From a bacterium (GTDB lineage: Bacteria > UBA8248 > JACPRG01 > G963555815), in NCBI GenBank assembly GCA_963555815.3, contig CAUVWX020000002.1:576001-640000 (forward strand): 64,000 bases of DNA, read 5' to 3'. Positions 32,430-41,244 of the stretch are shown piece by piece. The notes beneath the pieces are model-generated. The model had not been told where the DNA came from and did not search any database. It saw nothing but the letters and a program-made list of their open reading frames with translations. Position 1 is the stretch's first letter; each line of letters opens with the position of its first letter. The translations under genes and the position numbers were made by a program.

Positions 32430-33922
32430 CTAGTTTAAGACCTGCTTGATCCTCCCCTCGACCCGGGGGGAAACCTCGGGCCTCTTCTTCAGATACTGGA
32501 CAAAAAGGTCCCGGGGAGAGAGGGACTCGGGAAGGGGGACAGCCTCTGCTCCCGCCAGGGACCGGTGGCCATCCCCCCCCTTGGCCAGAAAATCGGTGGT
32601 CGCAAGGCGGTAGAGCCGGTCCGGAACGATCTCTGTCCCACCGACTATGAGGGAGAGGAGACGACTCCCCGGGGGCCGCTTGGGGTCGTAAGTCAGCCTG
32701 ACCCCCGAGACCTGCAAAAAGCCTCCGGTCCCACGCCGGGCCACACCGTCCTCCAGGGCCTCCTTGATGTTCGCCCCCGACACTTTTAGCAGGACCACTC
32801 GGTCATCGAAGAGGAAGGTGCCGTGTGCGAAACGATCCGTCAGCACCCCGGGCGGGACATTCTCATCGATGCGGATCCCACCCGCGTTCAGGAAGGCGAG
32901 GTCGGCCCCCGTCTCCTCTCTCAGGGCGTCGGCAACGAGGTTTCCAAGGTTTGACTCCTCAAAGCGGACGATTTGCTCAAGACCTTGGAGCGTCACGCGA
33001 GAGCGGCTGAGGGGGATTTCCGGCCCGAGCCTATCCTGAAGCCTCTCGGTCCACCTCTCGACCGTGGCCCTGACCCGAGAGTCCTCAGGAAGATCCTAGG
33101 TCAGGGGGATGACTTTGGCCGTGAGAGACCGGTCGGGGGATCCAGGGTTTTCGACCACGACACGAATGAGGGTCCGCGCGTCACTGTCGGCCTTCGCAAT
33201 AAGGGTCCGTCCCACAAAGGAGATCCGGTGATCGTGATCGTGGCCGCCCGCGATGAGGTCGATCTCAGGGTAGCGGCGGGCCAGTGCCCGATCTTCCTCC
33301 ATCGAGAGATGGGTGAGGGCGATGAGGAAGCTTACCCCCTCTCTTCTGAGGGCCTGTATGGTCTTCTCCGCCGCGACCAGGGGGTCGAGATAGCGGACAT
33401 AGGCCTGGGACCTCTCGGCGAGGGTGAGACCGAAGATCCCCACCCGGGCACTTCCCACCTCTCGCAACAGATAGGGCCTGACCCCTCCAAAAGGTTTCCC
33501 GGTCCGGGCATCCAGGACATTGGAAGAAACCCAGGAGAAACGGGATTCGGAGATCCGGCTCAGGAGGACCTTCGGGTCCGGGTCATCAAACTCGTGGTTT
33601 CCGAATGTGGCCATGTCCAGACCCGCCTGATTCATGGCCTCGATCATCTGCCTGCCCTGAAAGTGGCGACTCATGAGGGAGGGAAACAGGAGGTCCCCGG
33701 CGTGGAGGTAGAGGACATCAGACCCACGCCGCCGCTCTTCGGCCACCAGGGCGGCCACCCGGGCCAGCCCCCCCTTCGGCCCCCGTCCACGGCGCGGATC
33801 CGGTAGACGTCATTGGTCTGAAAGATGATGAGCTTCTTCGAAGGGAAAGGGTCTGCAAAGGAGGAGGAAAGAAAAACAAGAAGGCCGAGAAAGATGAAGA
33901 TCGAGGGGGGAAGTTTTCTCAT
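32430..33922 (-). pseudogene. bifunctional metallophosphatase/5'-nucleotidase (UshA-like), disrupted by a frameshift and an in-frame TAG
   Basis: Signal peptide, QTNDVY, HAGD, GNHEFD, GGHDH, ESNLGNLVADA, NAGGIR, GGDG; frameshift in C7 run 33768-33774 and TAG at 33096-33098. Confidence 0.85.
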
Positions 33923-33938
33923 GAGGGCGCGCAAAAAA

Positions 33939-34286
33939 TTAAGGCCCAAATAGCTGCTCATAAATCTTGGCGTTGAAGCCGACGGCGGTCTTCTTCCCAG
34001 CGACGACCACTGGGCGCCTGATGAAGGTATACTCTTCGGCCATATACCTCAGGAGGTCTCGTTCAGAAAGCTCCTTTCGGTCAAGGCCAAGCGTCCGATA
34101 TTTGAGGGCCCTGCGGGAGAAGAGGGTTTCTGCGCCGCCCACCGCCTTGGCCAGAATCTCGACTTCCTTTCGGCTGATGGGGTCTTTTTTGATGTCCCGA
34201 AACTCCGGACCCAGATGCCCCAAACCCTTGAGAAAGGCGACCGCCTTCTGGCAGGTTCCTCAGGTGGAAGACCAGTAGATTTTCAT
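33939..34286 (-). CDS. ArsC/Spx-family protein; predicted selenoprotein, 115 aa, U9 (UGTC)
   Basis: ATG 34286: MKIYWSST-TGA-GTCQKAVAFLKG, in frame with ORF 33939..34223 (FIRRPVVV...VGF). Confidence 0.88.
34234..34247 (-). promoter_or_regulatory. candidate SECIS hairpin of ArsC-like gene
   Basis: AAGGC-[GGUC]-GCCUU; loop begins at +18 from the UGA. Confidence 0.7.
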
Positions 34287-34471
34287 CTTTTCAGGTTAAA
34301 GGGGGCGCAGGCCGGAGTCAATCTGGAAAAAGCCCCCTGTCACAGGAGAGATTGGCAAAAATGGAAAGGGACCCGTATACTTTCTTTAAATTTCATTGAG
34401 ATGTGTTGACACGATCGCGCCACCTGAGGGCCGACAAGCCTCTGACGGAGGTTCCCAAGCGAGGAGGAGAG

Positions 34472-34789
34472 ATGGACTCCATTCGTGTGAAGGAGATGGA
34501 ACGTTATTCCGCCGAGAAGATGCAGAAGGTAAACCTCTTTGAGACCGAACGGATGTTCTGTGACGTATATTGCCTTGAGCCCGGCCAGGTCCAAAAACCC
34601 CACCGCCATGAGGGGGCCGACAAGATCTACTATGTCCTGGAGGGCAAAGGGACGTTTCAGGTGGGAAAAGAGACAAAAGAACTTTCGGCTGGCACCATTA
34701 CCATGGCCCCCTCAGGTCAGGAACATGGCGTCGTGAACGAATCCCAGGACCGCCTGCTGGTCCTCGTCTTCATGGCACCTCATCCGTGA
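34472..34789 (+). CDS. cupin domain protein
   Basis: PGQVQKPHRH...YVLEGKG...GQEHGVVN; GAGGAGG SD. Confidence 0.88.
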   Translation: MDSIRVKEMERYSAEKMQKVNLFETERMFCDVYCLEPGQVQKPHRHEGADKIYYVLEGKGTFQVGKETKELSAGTITMAPSGQEHGVVNESQDRLLVLVFMAPHP

Positions 34790-34864
34790 TCCCCAGTTCC
34801 TTTCTCCAGGAAAGGCACAAAGGGTTTTTGTCTCATTCCTCTTGAGATAAAAGGAGCCGCGACC

Positions 34865-36259
34865 ATGGCGGAACAGAGTCTACGGGATCACCTCAGTAGG
34901 CTGGAGAAGGCGGGGCGCCTCTTCCACGTGAAGGCCGAGGTGGACAAGGATTGGGAGATCGCCTGCGTCACGCGACAGGCGATGGGGCTCCCGCCGCAAG
35001 AACGGTTCGCCATCCAATTTGACCACGTCCGGGGCTTTCAAACACCGGTGGTCGTGGGAGCCATCGGGGCGTCTCGGGACATCTACGCCCTGGCCCTCGG
35101 TATCCAAGAGGGTGAGATCCACGAGAGATGGCTTCACGCCCTTCGCCACCCCGTCGAGCCCCGCATGACGACGGCCGCGCCTTGCCAGGAACATGTGGAC
35201 CGAGATAGCCAGGTGGACCTGCAGAAATTCCCGGTCCCCACCTGGACCCCGACGAAAGACGGAGGGCCTTATTTCTCAGCGGGCTGCGTCGTCATAAAGG
35301 ACCCCGAAACGGGGATCCAAAATGTGGGGATCTACCGGCTCATGGTCCATTCGTCCAACCTCCTGGGGATCCTCATCATCCCCGCCAAGCACAGCGGGAT
35401 CATCTACTCAAAGTATGAGGCCATGAATCGGCCCATGGAGGTGGCGGTCGTCATTGGCCCGCCGCCCTCGGTGGTCATGGCGGGCGCGGGGAGAGTCCCC
35501 TACGGGGTCGATGAGTTGGCCGTGGCGGGAGGCCTTCTGGGGTCCCCCCTCGACCTGGTCAAGTGTCAGACAGTGGACCTCCAGGTCCCGGCTCAGTCGG
35601 AGATGGTCATCGAGGGGGTCATCCCCCCCCATGAGCGGCGCCACGAGGGGCCCTTTGGCGAGTTCTTCGGCTATATGGGGGAGGACGGCGACGCGCCCGT
35701 GGTCAGGGTGCAGGCCCTCTGTTACCGCTCAAACCCCATTCACCAGGGGATCATGGAGCAAAAACCCCCCAGCGAGGGGAGCTACATTAAGGATATCGCG
35801 ATGGAGTCCATCCTCCTCGGGGCCCTTCGAGGGATAGGGGTCCCGGGGGTCCTCGACGTGCACGTGGGGGAGATGAGCGCTCAATCCCACGTGGTGGTCG
35901 CCATCCAAAAGCTCTTCCCGGGCCACGCCAAGACTGTCATGCACGGATGTTGGGCGAGTTATCCGAACCGTTGCAAGCAGGTGACCGTGGTGGAGGGGGA
36001 CTGTAATATCTCCGACTCAGCCGATGTGGAGTGGCATATCGCCTCTCGGGTCCAGCCGGATCGGGATATTGAGGTTATCTCAGAGGCGACGGGTCACACG
36101 CTAGACCCCTCTATGCCGGAAGGGAGAAAGATCTACGGGGCAAAGATGGGCGTTGACGCCACCCGAAAACACCCTTACCCCGAGGTCTCTCTCCCCCCGG
36201 AAGAGATGCTGAACAGGGCCCGGAAAGACTGGAAGAGATACGGCCTCCCGGCTCCTTAG
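34865..36259 (+). CDS. UbiD-family prenyl-FMN-dependent (de)carboxylase
   Basis: DGGPY, NVGIYR, VIEG, EGPFGEFFGY, RVQPDRDI, KMGVDAT. Confidence 0.92.
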   Translation: MAEQSLRDHLSRLEKAGRLFHVKAEVDKDWEIACVTRQAMGLPPQERFAIQFDHVRGFQTPVVVGAIGASRDIYALALGIQEGEIHERWLHALRHPVEPRMTTAAPCQEHVDRDSQVDLQKFPVPTWTPTKDGGPYFSAGCVVIKDPETGIQNVGIYRLMVHSSNLLGILIIPAKHSGIIYSKYEAMNRPMEVAVVIGPPPSVVMAGAGRVPYGVDELAVAGGLLGSPLDLVKCQTVDLQVPAQSEMVIEGVIPPHERRHEGPFGEFFGYMGEDGDAPVVRVQALCYRSNPIHQGIMEQKPPSEGSYIKDIAMESILLGALRGIGVPGVLDVHVGEMSAQSHVVVAIQKLFPGHAKTVMHGCWASYPNRCKQVTVVEGDCNISDSADVEWHIASRVQPDRDIEVISEATGHTLDPSMPEGRKIYGAKMGVDATRKHPYPEVSLPPEEMLNRARKDWKRYGLPAP

Positions 36260-37233
36260 AGCTGGTAGTGGTCGTAGGCCGACCCTTCGAGCGCCTGCAG
36301 ATAGTCCTGAAATCTCTCGTTAAACTCTTCTGTCCGCTCCAGGGGACCATAGTGCCCGGCCGTGGGGAGCACGAGCTTGTTAACATCCCGGAACCCTGTC
36401 GCGGTTGTTGTACCCGCACCTCGATGATCGCCCCCCGCTCCGGCCATCTGGTCGGCGGCCTTCACGTACTCGGGCCCATCCTCGGTCCCTATCACCACCA
36501 AAACTGGAGCCTGGATTCCCTTAATCCGGCCCATGAGGTCTGGGCGATTCAGCATGCCCTCAACAGTGGCGGCAAAGGCCTCAGGGGTGCTTCGGAGGGC
36601 CTGCTTCTTGACCCAGTTCCGAGTGGGAAATTCATCCTGAAGGAACCCCGCCTCCGTGTGGTGGTTAAAGAAAGGCTTCAGCCCCGGTGTATTGTCGAGC
36701 CAGTGCTCGACGGCCGCCTCGAGCCCTTTCGAGCGTGCCAGCTTGGCAATTTCCGACAGCTTCGTTTTCTCCGCGGCATCAGGGGCGTTGGGGTTGGCGC
36801 CACACATGACAAGCCCCTGGACACGCGCGGGATACTCCAGCGCAGTGTTCAGGGCCACTCTGGCCCCATTGGAAAGGCCGCAGAGGACCGCCCGCTTGAT
36901 CTTCAGGTTGTCCATGAGCCCGATGACATCCTTGGACAGGCCCTGGATGTCGTATCCATCCTTGGGCTTATCTGAATCCCCCACCCCCCGGGCATCGTAG
37001 GAGACGGTTTGACAGAGAAAATCGAGGTGCTGATGCTGATGGGTCCAAAAGTCGGACGTGCTCCCAAGCCCATGGATAAAGATCACGGACCTGCCGCCAT
37101 AATTACTTCCTGACCAGGAAATCCCCTCCCCTCCCGAGACTTTATAGGCAAGGTTCACTCCGTTCACGTTGGCCTTCTTGACCACATACTGCTCGGACGT
37201 TTTTTGCCCCAATGGGCTTCGAGCTTGTACCAT
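36256..37233 (-). CDS. alpha/beta-fold hydrolase (enol-lactone hydrolase-like)
   Basis: FIHGLG, DARGVGDS, GLSNG nucleophile, GTEDG, GHY triad; AAGGAG SD before ATG 37233. Confidence 0.85.
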   Translation of the reverse strand: MVQARSPLGQKTSEQYVVKKANVNGVNLAYKVSGGEGISWSGSNYGGRSVIFIHGLGSTSDFWTHQHQHLDFLCQTVSYDARGVGDSDKPKDGYDIQGLSKDVIGLMDNLKIKRAVLCGLSNGARVALNTALEYPARVQGLVMCGANPNAPDAAEKTKLSEIAKLARSKGLEAAVEHWLDNTPGLKPFFNHHTEAGFLQDEFPTRNWVKKQALRSTPEAFAATVEGMLNRPDLMGRIKGIQAPVLVVIGTEDGPEYVKAADQMAGAGGDHRGAGTTTATGFRDVNKLVLPTAGHYGPLERTEEFNERFQDYLQALEGSAYDHYQL

Positions 37234-37495
37234 GTACTTTCTCCTTCGTTTCAGCACTTTTTAGGATTAACGGGTTTATTAGCGAGCGGGAGTATAGCAC
37301 ATTTTTCCTGGGGGGAAAGCCTTTTTTTGCCCTTTTTTGCCCCTCTTTTTGCCCCTCCTGGGCTAAAAATTTCGGTTGACTTCTGAGATGGGAGCGGGCA
37401 AAGTAAAGGGGCAACATAGGAAAATTAGTCTACCCTTCTGCACGAAGGACAAAAGAGTGTGTGGGACTATCTGACGACAGGAGGAAAGAAAGAGA

Positions 37496-37816
37496 ATGGC
37501 TATTTTAAAGGCCCCTATTGCTGGGAAAGAGCAAGATGTGGAAAAGGCGTTTGGGACGGTCGTTGAGGCTGAGTGCAAGGATGCCAAGCTGGCCATCAGC
37601 TTCAATAAGAAGTACGATGGGTATAATCTCAAGCTGGAGAAGATGGGCGTGAAGCGGGACCTCTTCTTTCACGAGATCCGTCTCACCAGTGACCACGACG
37701 AGAAGGGGCTCATCGAGGCCGTGAAGTATGAGGCCCAAAGCCTGGAGCGGGACACGAAATACCCATCTGTCCTGGAACTCGCCCGCGGGGGGAAGGTTAC
37801 ACCAGGTTTTTCATGA
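37496..37816 (+). CDS. hypothetical protein (106 aa)
   Basis: GAGGA SD and coding-like codon usage; no family recognised. Confidence 0.7.
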   Translation: MAILKAPIAGKEQDVEKAFGTVVEAECKDAKLAISFNKKYDGYNLKLEKMGVKRDLFFHEIRLTSDHDEKGLIEAVKYEAQSLERDTKYPSVLELARGGKVTPGFS

Positions 37817-37962
37817 GAGAGAGCCCCAAAAGGGGGGCCCGAATCCCGAAGAGAAGAGGTTCTCTGCCAATCGGGTGGGAATCCTCCAAAGAATCCTCCC
37901 GCTCCAGTTACCCGTTAGCGGAAGGGTACAAAGGGGCTAAATAGCACCCAAGAGGGGATAAT

Positions 37963-38364
37963 ATGGTCTATGTAGTTATCGAGGCCTGTATCGGCGTAAA
38001 GGATAGTATCTGTGCCCAGGTGTGCCCGGCCGAGTGCATCTACGAGGGGGAGGACATGTTCTACATCGACCCCATCGATTGCATCGACTGTGACGCCTGT
38101 GTGCCCGTCTGTCCCGTCGACGCCATCTACAAGGAGGACCAGGTCCCCGAGAAGTGGAAAGACTATACCCAGAAGAACGCCGACTGGTTTATTACGGGGG
38201 ACGGTCGGGAGGCCAAGGCGACGGGCAGGATCATGGAGGGCGTATATCGAACCCTGGGCTCAGACCCGCTCCATTTGAACCGTGTCGACATGGATAAGGT
38301 GAAGGCCAAGGCCCCCATTGCCACGAAACTCAATATCGTGGCAGACGAGACGGGGGATAGGTAG
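37963..38364 (+). CDS. dicluster Fe-S ferredoxin with C-terminal extension
   Basis: CIGVKDSICAQVCP and CIDCDACVPVCP...AIY..DQVPEKW, followed by ~55 extra residues. Confidence 0.92.
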   Translation: MVYVVIEACIGVKDSICAQVCPAECIYEGEDMFYIDPIDCIDCDACVPVCPVDAIYKEDQVPEKWKDYTQKNADWFITGDGREAKATGRIMEGVYRTLGSDPLHLNRVDMDKVKAKAPIATKLNIVADETGDR

Positions 38365-38401
38365 ATCTAGACTCTTCCTTCTCGCCCTTTTCGCACGCCA
38401 T

Positions 38402-38440
38402 AAAAAGAGGCCGCTGGATTTTTTCAGCGGCCTCTTTTTT
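38402..38440. terminator. bidirectional intrinsic terminator
   Basis: AAAAAGAGGCCGCTG-loop-CAGCGGCCTCTTTTTT. Confidence 0.85.
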
Positions 38441-38460
38441 ACCCCCGTCCCCTTCCAAAA

Positions 38461-38682
38461 AAGGACGACCAGGTCCCCCAGAAGCGGAAAGACTATACCC
38501 AGAAGAACGCCGGCTGGTTTGATACTGAGGGGGGTCGGGAGGCCAAGGCGACAGGCAGGATTATGGAGGGCGTATATCAATCCATGGGCCCAGACCCGCC
38601 GCCGGGCTCAGACCCCCTCCATTTGAACCGTCTTGATATCGACAAAGTGAAGGCTGGCGCCCCCACTGTCACGAAACCCAAC
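38461..38682 (+). pseudogene. diverged partial duplicate of the ferredoxin 3' half (copy of ~38131-38334)
   Basis: In-frame KDDQVPQKRKDYTQKNAGWF...IMEGVY...DPLHLNRLDIDKVK without the Cys motifs or a 5' end; 330-bp offset. Confidence 0.85.
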
Positions 38683-38722
38683 AAAAAGAGGCCGCTGGAA
38701 AAATCCAGCGGCCTCTTTTTTT
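38683..38722. terminator. second copy of the bidirectional intrinsic terminator
   Basis: AAAAAGAGGCCGCTGGA-AAAA-TCCAGCGGCCTCTTTTTTT; serves the convergent Mo/W enzyme gene. Confidence 0.85.
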
Positions 38723-38760
38723 ACCCCTATCCCCTTGTTAGAAGGGGAAGGTCTTAGGTG

Positions 38761-41007
38761 CTATACCTGGTCGTAGGTCGTCACCGGCTCGTCGCACTTC
38801 GTAATTCGGGCAAGAACCACTCCCAGATACCAACTTCCGGTGGCCGGGTCACTGTGGTTCGGGTCGTCAGAGGTGCACAGGTTGACGTTTGACTCCCAAA
38901 CCCCAAGGAGCGTGGGCTCGGCCGCCGACTTGTCAGGGAACCACCATCCGAAGGCAGGGCAGATCACCTTGGGATGAATGGCGTCCGTCACCCGGGCCAG
39001 CTGCTTGCACCGACCGTGACGAGTCTCGATCCACACAGCGTCCCCATCCTCGATCCCGTGCTTCTTCGCCACCTCAGGGTGTATCTCACACAGCGGTCTC
39101 GGCTCAAGGCGCCGCTGAGCATCGATATGCCGGTGCGAGGAATGGAGGAACGCCTTGCACTTTCGGCTGATCATCACGTAGGGGTAGTCCTTCAGAAGGT
39201 CAGGCGTCCTGAAGGGGCTCTCAGCCGGCTCAATGTGGTCCGGCAGAGGGTCATACCCCAGGTCCTTGTAGATGGTGGAGGAGAGCTCCACCTTCTGCAT
39301 ATTGGTCCTGAAACGGCCGATCTGCTCATGCTCCTTGTGGGGCAGGACCTCTGTGTCCCAGTACTTGGTGCTGGAAAACTGCTCCCAGGTCATCCCCGTC
39401 GGCTTCAGCCGGTAGTCGTACACATCTTCCAAGGTCTCCCAGGGCCAGATCTCTTTCTCAGTTTGACCCAACCGGATCCCAAGCGCCCGCCAGAAGTCAT
39501 AATCGTCATAGCGGTCAAACTCCCCTTCTTTCTTCTTGGGAAGTGCGCGCTGGCCGGTGGCCAGGGTATTGGCGTGCTCCAAGAAGGAGAACTGGGGACG
39601 CTCGACCCAGTGGGTGACAGGAAGGACATAGTCCATCAGGGCACCCGTCGGGTTCATGGTCAAGTCGAGGTTCACCGCGAGTTCCGTGTTCTTGATCGCC
39701 TCATACACATGGCGCGAGTTCGAGAGGGTCAGTATGGGGTTCGAGCCATTGACAATCAACGCTCGAATGGGATAGGGATGCCCTGTGCGGCACGCGTGGA
39801 TGATGGAGGCAAACGGGGCCCCACGGACAATCGCGGTACGCACCGCATACTTAATCTCATCAGGGAACTTCTCCCAGCCGGGCCATGACATCGCCTTGAA
39901 GCGCTCAGACCCAACGGCCTTGCGGTACTGCTCCGGAGGAAGCGCATCGGGCATTTCCATCTTGGTCAGATAGACGTACTTCGAGTAGGCCCGGATAAAC
40001 TGGTTACCCCCTCGAACGTCCAAGTTGCCCGTGACGGCCCGCAGGCAGCACCGGGCGCGCTCCGTCCCAGAGATGTTCAGCCCGTAGTAGCCAATGGGGC
40101 TCCCCCACTGGATGTAGCCCGGCTTCACCGTCGCATACATCCGCGCAGACTCCACCACTTCCTTCTCAGTGAGCCAGCAAAGCTCGGCTGTTTTCTTCGG
40201 GGGGTACTTCTGGACCCTCTCCTTCAGCTCATCAAAGCCGTGCGTCCACTTGGCCACGAATTCCTTGTCGTAGAGCTCCTCGTTGATGATGACGTTCAGC
40301 CAGCCCATGGCCAGGGCGCCGTCCGAACCCGGGCGGAGCTGAAGGAACATATCCGCTCGGTCCACCTCACGGATCCGGGTCGGGTCGATCACGATCATCT
40401 TCTCTACGTTCCGGGCCCGGTCCCACTTGATGGGGCTCGTGATGGTGGGGCGATTCCCCCAGATAACCAGAAGACGCGTGTGAATGGGGTCGCAGGGACC
40501 GTAGTGGGCAATCCCGCCGTAGACGACGAGGTTCGCCCAGGCCTCGGTCCCACCACAGATCCGGGCGTCCGCGCTGTCCGTGTTGGGGCTCCCAAAGTTG
40601 TTCATGAAGCGCGCGACTTCCCACTGCTCATTGTAGAACCCAAAACCGCAACCTACAGTCTCGGCCCCGTACTTGTCCTTAATCTTCTGCAGCTTCTCCC
40701 CGATCTCATCGATGGCTTGCTTCCAGGAGATCTCCTTCCACTTGTTCTCCCCACGCTCTCCAGCTCGCTTCAGGGGGTAGTTCAAGCGGCTCGGGTGATT
40801 GGTCTGCTCCACTGTCCCCTTCTGCTTAGGACAGCCCTCAATCTTGAAGAAGGGGGTCATCGGGCTTTCTTTGAAAGTCGCGACCTTGACCAGCTTCCCG
40901 TCTTCAATGTGCAGCTCGGTGTGACAGATGTCGTGTTCACAGTTCTTACAGAGACCGATCTTGATCTCTCGCTTGGGCGCAGTTTTCACCGCGGGTGGTG
41001 TCGCCAT
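38761..41007 (-). CDS. Mo/W-bisPGD oxidoreductase, acetylene hydratase-like clade, cytoplasmic
   Basis: N-terminal CKNCEHDIC...CPK Fe-S motif, RLNYPLKR, FGSPN...ICGG (Cys ligand), RPGSDGALA, HSSHR, EIHP; no Tat signal. Confidence 0.9.
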   Translation of the reverse strand: MATPPAVKTAPKREIKIGLCKNCEHDICHTELHIEDGKLVKVATFKESPMTPFFKIEGCPKQKGTVEQTNHPSRLNYPLKRAGERGENKWKEISWKQAIDEIGEKLQKIKDKYGAETVGCGFGFYNEQWEVARFMNNFGSPNTDSADARICGGTEAWANLVVYGGIAHYGPCDPIHTRLLVIWGNRPTITSPIKWDRARNVEKMIVIDPTRIREVDRADMFLQLRPGSDGALAMGWLNVIINEELYDKEFVAKWTHGFDELKERVQKYPPKKTAELCWLTEKEVVESARMYATVKPGYIQWGSPIGYYGLNISGTERARCCLRAVTGNLDVRGGNQFIRAYSKYVYLTKMEMPDALPPEQYRKAVGSERFKAMSWPGWEKFPDEIKYAVRTAIVRGAPFASIIHACRTGHPYPIRALIVNGSNPILTLSNSRHVYEAIKNTELAVNLDLTMNPTGALMDYVLPVTHWVERPQFSFLEHANTLATGQRALPKKKEGEFDRYDDYDFWRALGIRLGQTEKEIWPWETLEDVYDYRLKPTGMTWEQFSSTKYWDTEVLPHKEHEQIGRFRTNMQKVELSSTIYKDLGYDPLPDHIEPAESPFRTPDLLKDYPYVMISRKCKAFLHSSHRHIDAQRRLEPRPLCEIHPEVAKKHGIEDGDAVWIETRHGRCKQLARVTDAIHPKVICPAFGWWFPDKSAAEPTLLGVWESNVNLCTSDDPNHSDPATGSWYLGVVLARITKCDEPVTTYDQV

Positions 41008-41138
41008 CTTTCTCTCCCTTTTTTTAGTCCTGTTTTCAACCCTGCTGGCGCAGAAATGTACCGAAAATCCCCTTCCGGGGAGTTGCTGATAGGCCTAACG
41101 ACAGGCTGTCGCTGCCGAACTCAGCATGAATATTTAAA

Positions 41139-41168
41139 ATATTACCCTTTCACCTCTGACCTTGTCAA
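41139..41168 (-). promoter_or_regulatory. sigma-70-type promoter of the Mo/W enzyme gene
   Basis: Minus strand TTGACA-18 bp-TAATAT; palindrome AATATT-TAA-AATATT overlaps the -10/+1 region. Confidence 0.55.
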
Positions 41169-41244
41169 CTACTATTTACTATTTTTCACCCTTCACGAAA
41201 CTTCACGAAAAACCGGAGAAAGCCAAACAAGTGCGCCAAATACT

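Noticed and set aside
33096..33098. Pyrrolysine or amber readthrough in the nucleotidase
   Set aside because: The TAG lies in a linker, the gene also has a frameshift, and no pyl genes are visible.
38131..38682. Diversity-generating retroelement TR/VR pair
   Set aside because: Mismatches are not adenine-specific (G/C, T/C, G/T seen) and there is no reverse transcriptase in the window.
38761..41007. Selenocysteine or formate dehydrogenase identity for the Mo/W enzyme
   Set aside because: The frame is uninterrupted, and the ligand region is ARICGG without the His of the FDH C/U-H motif.
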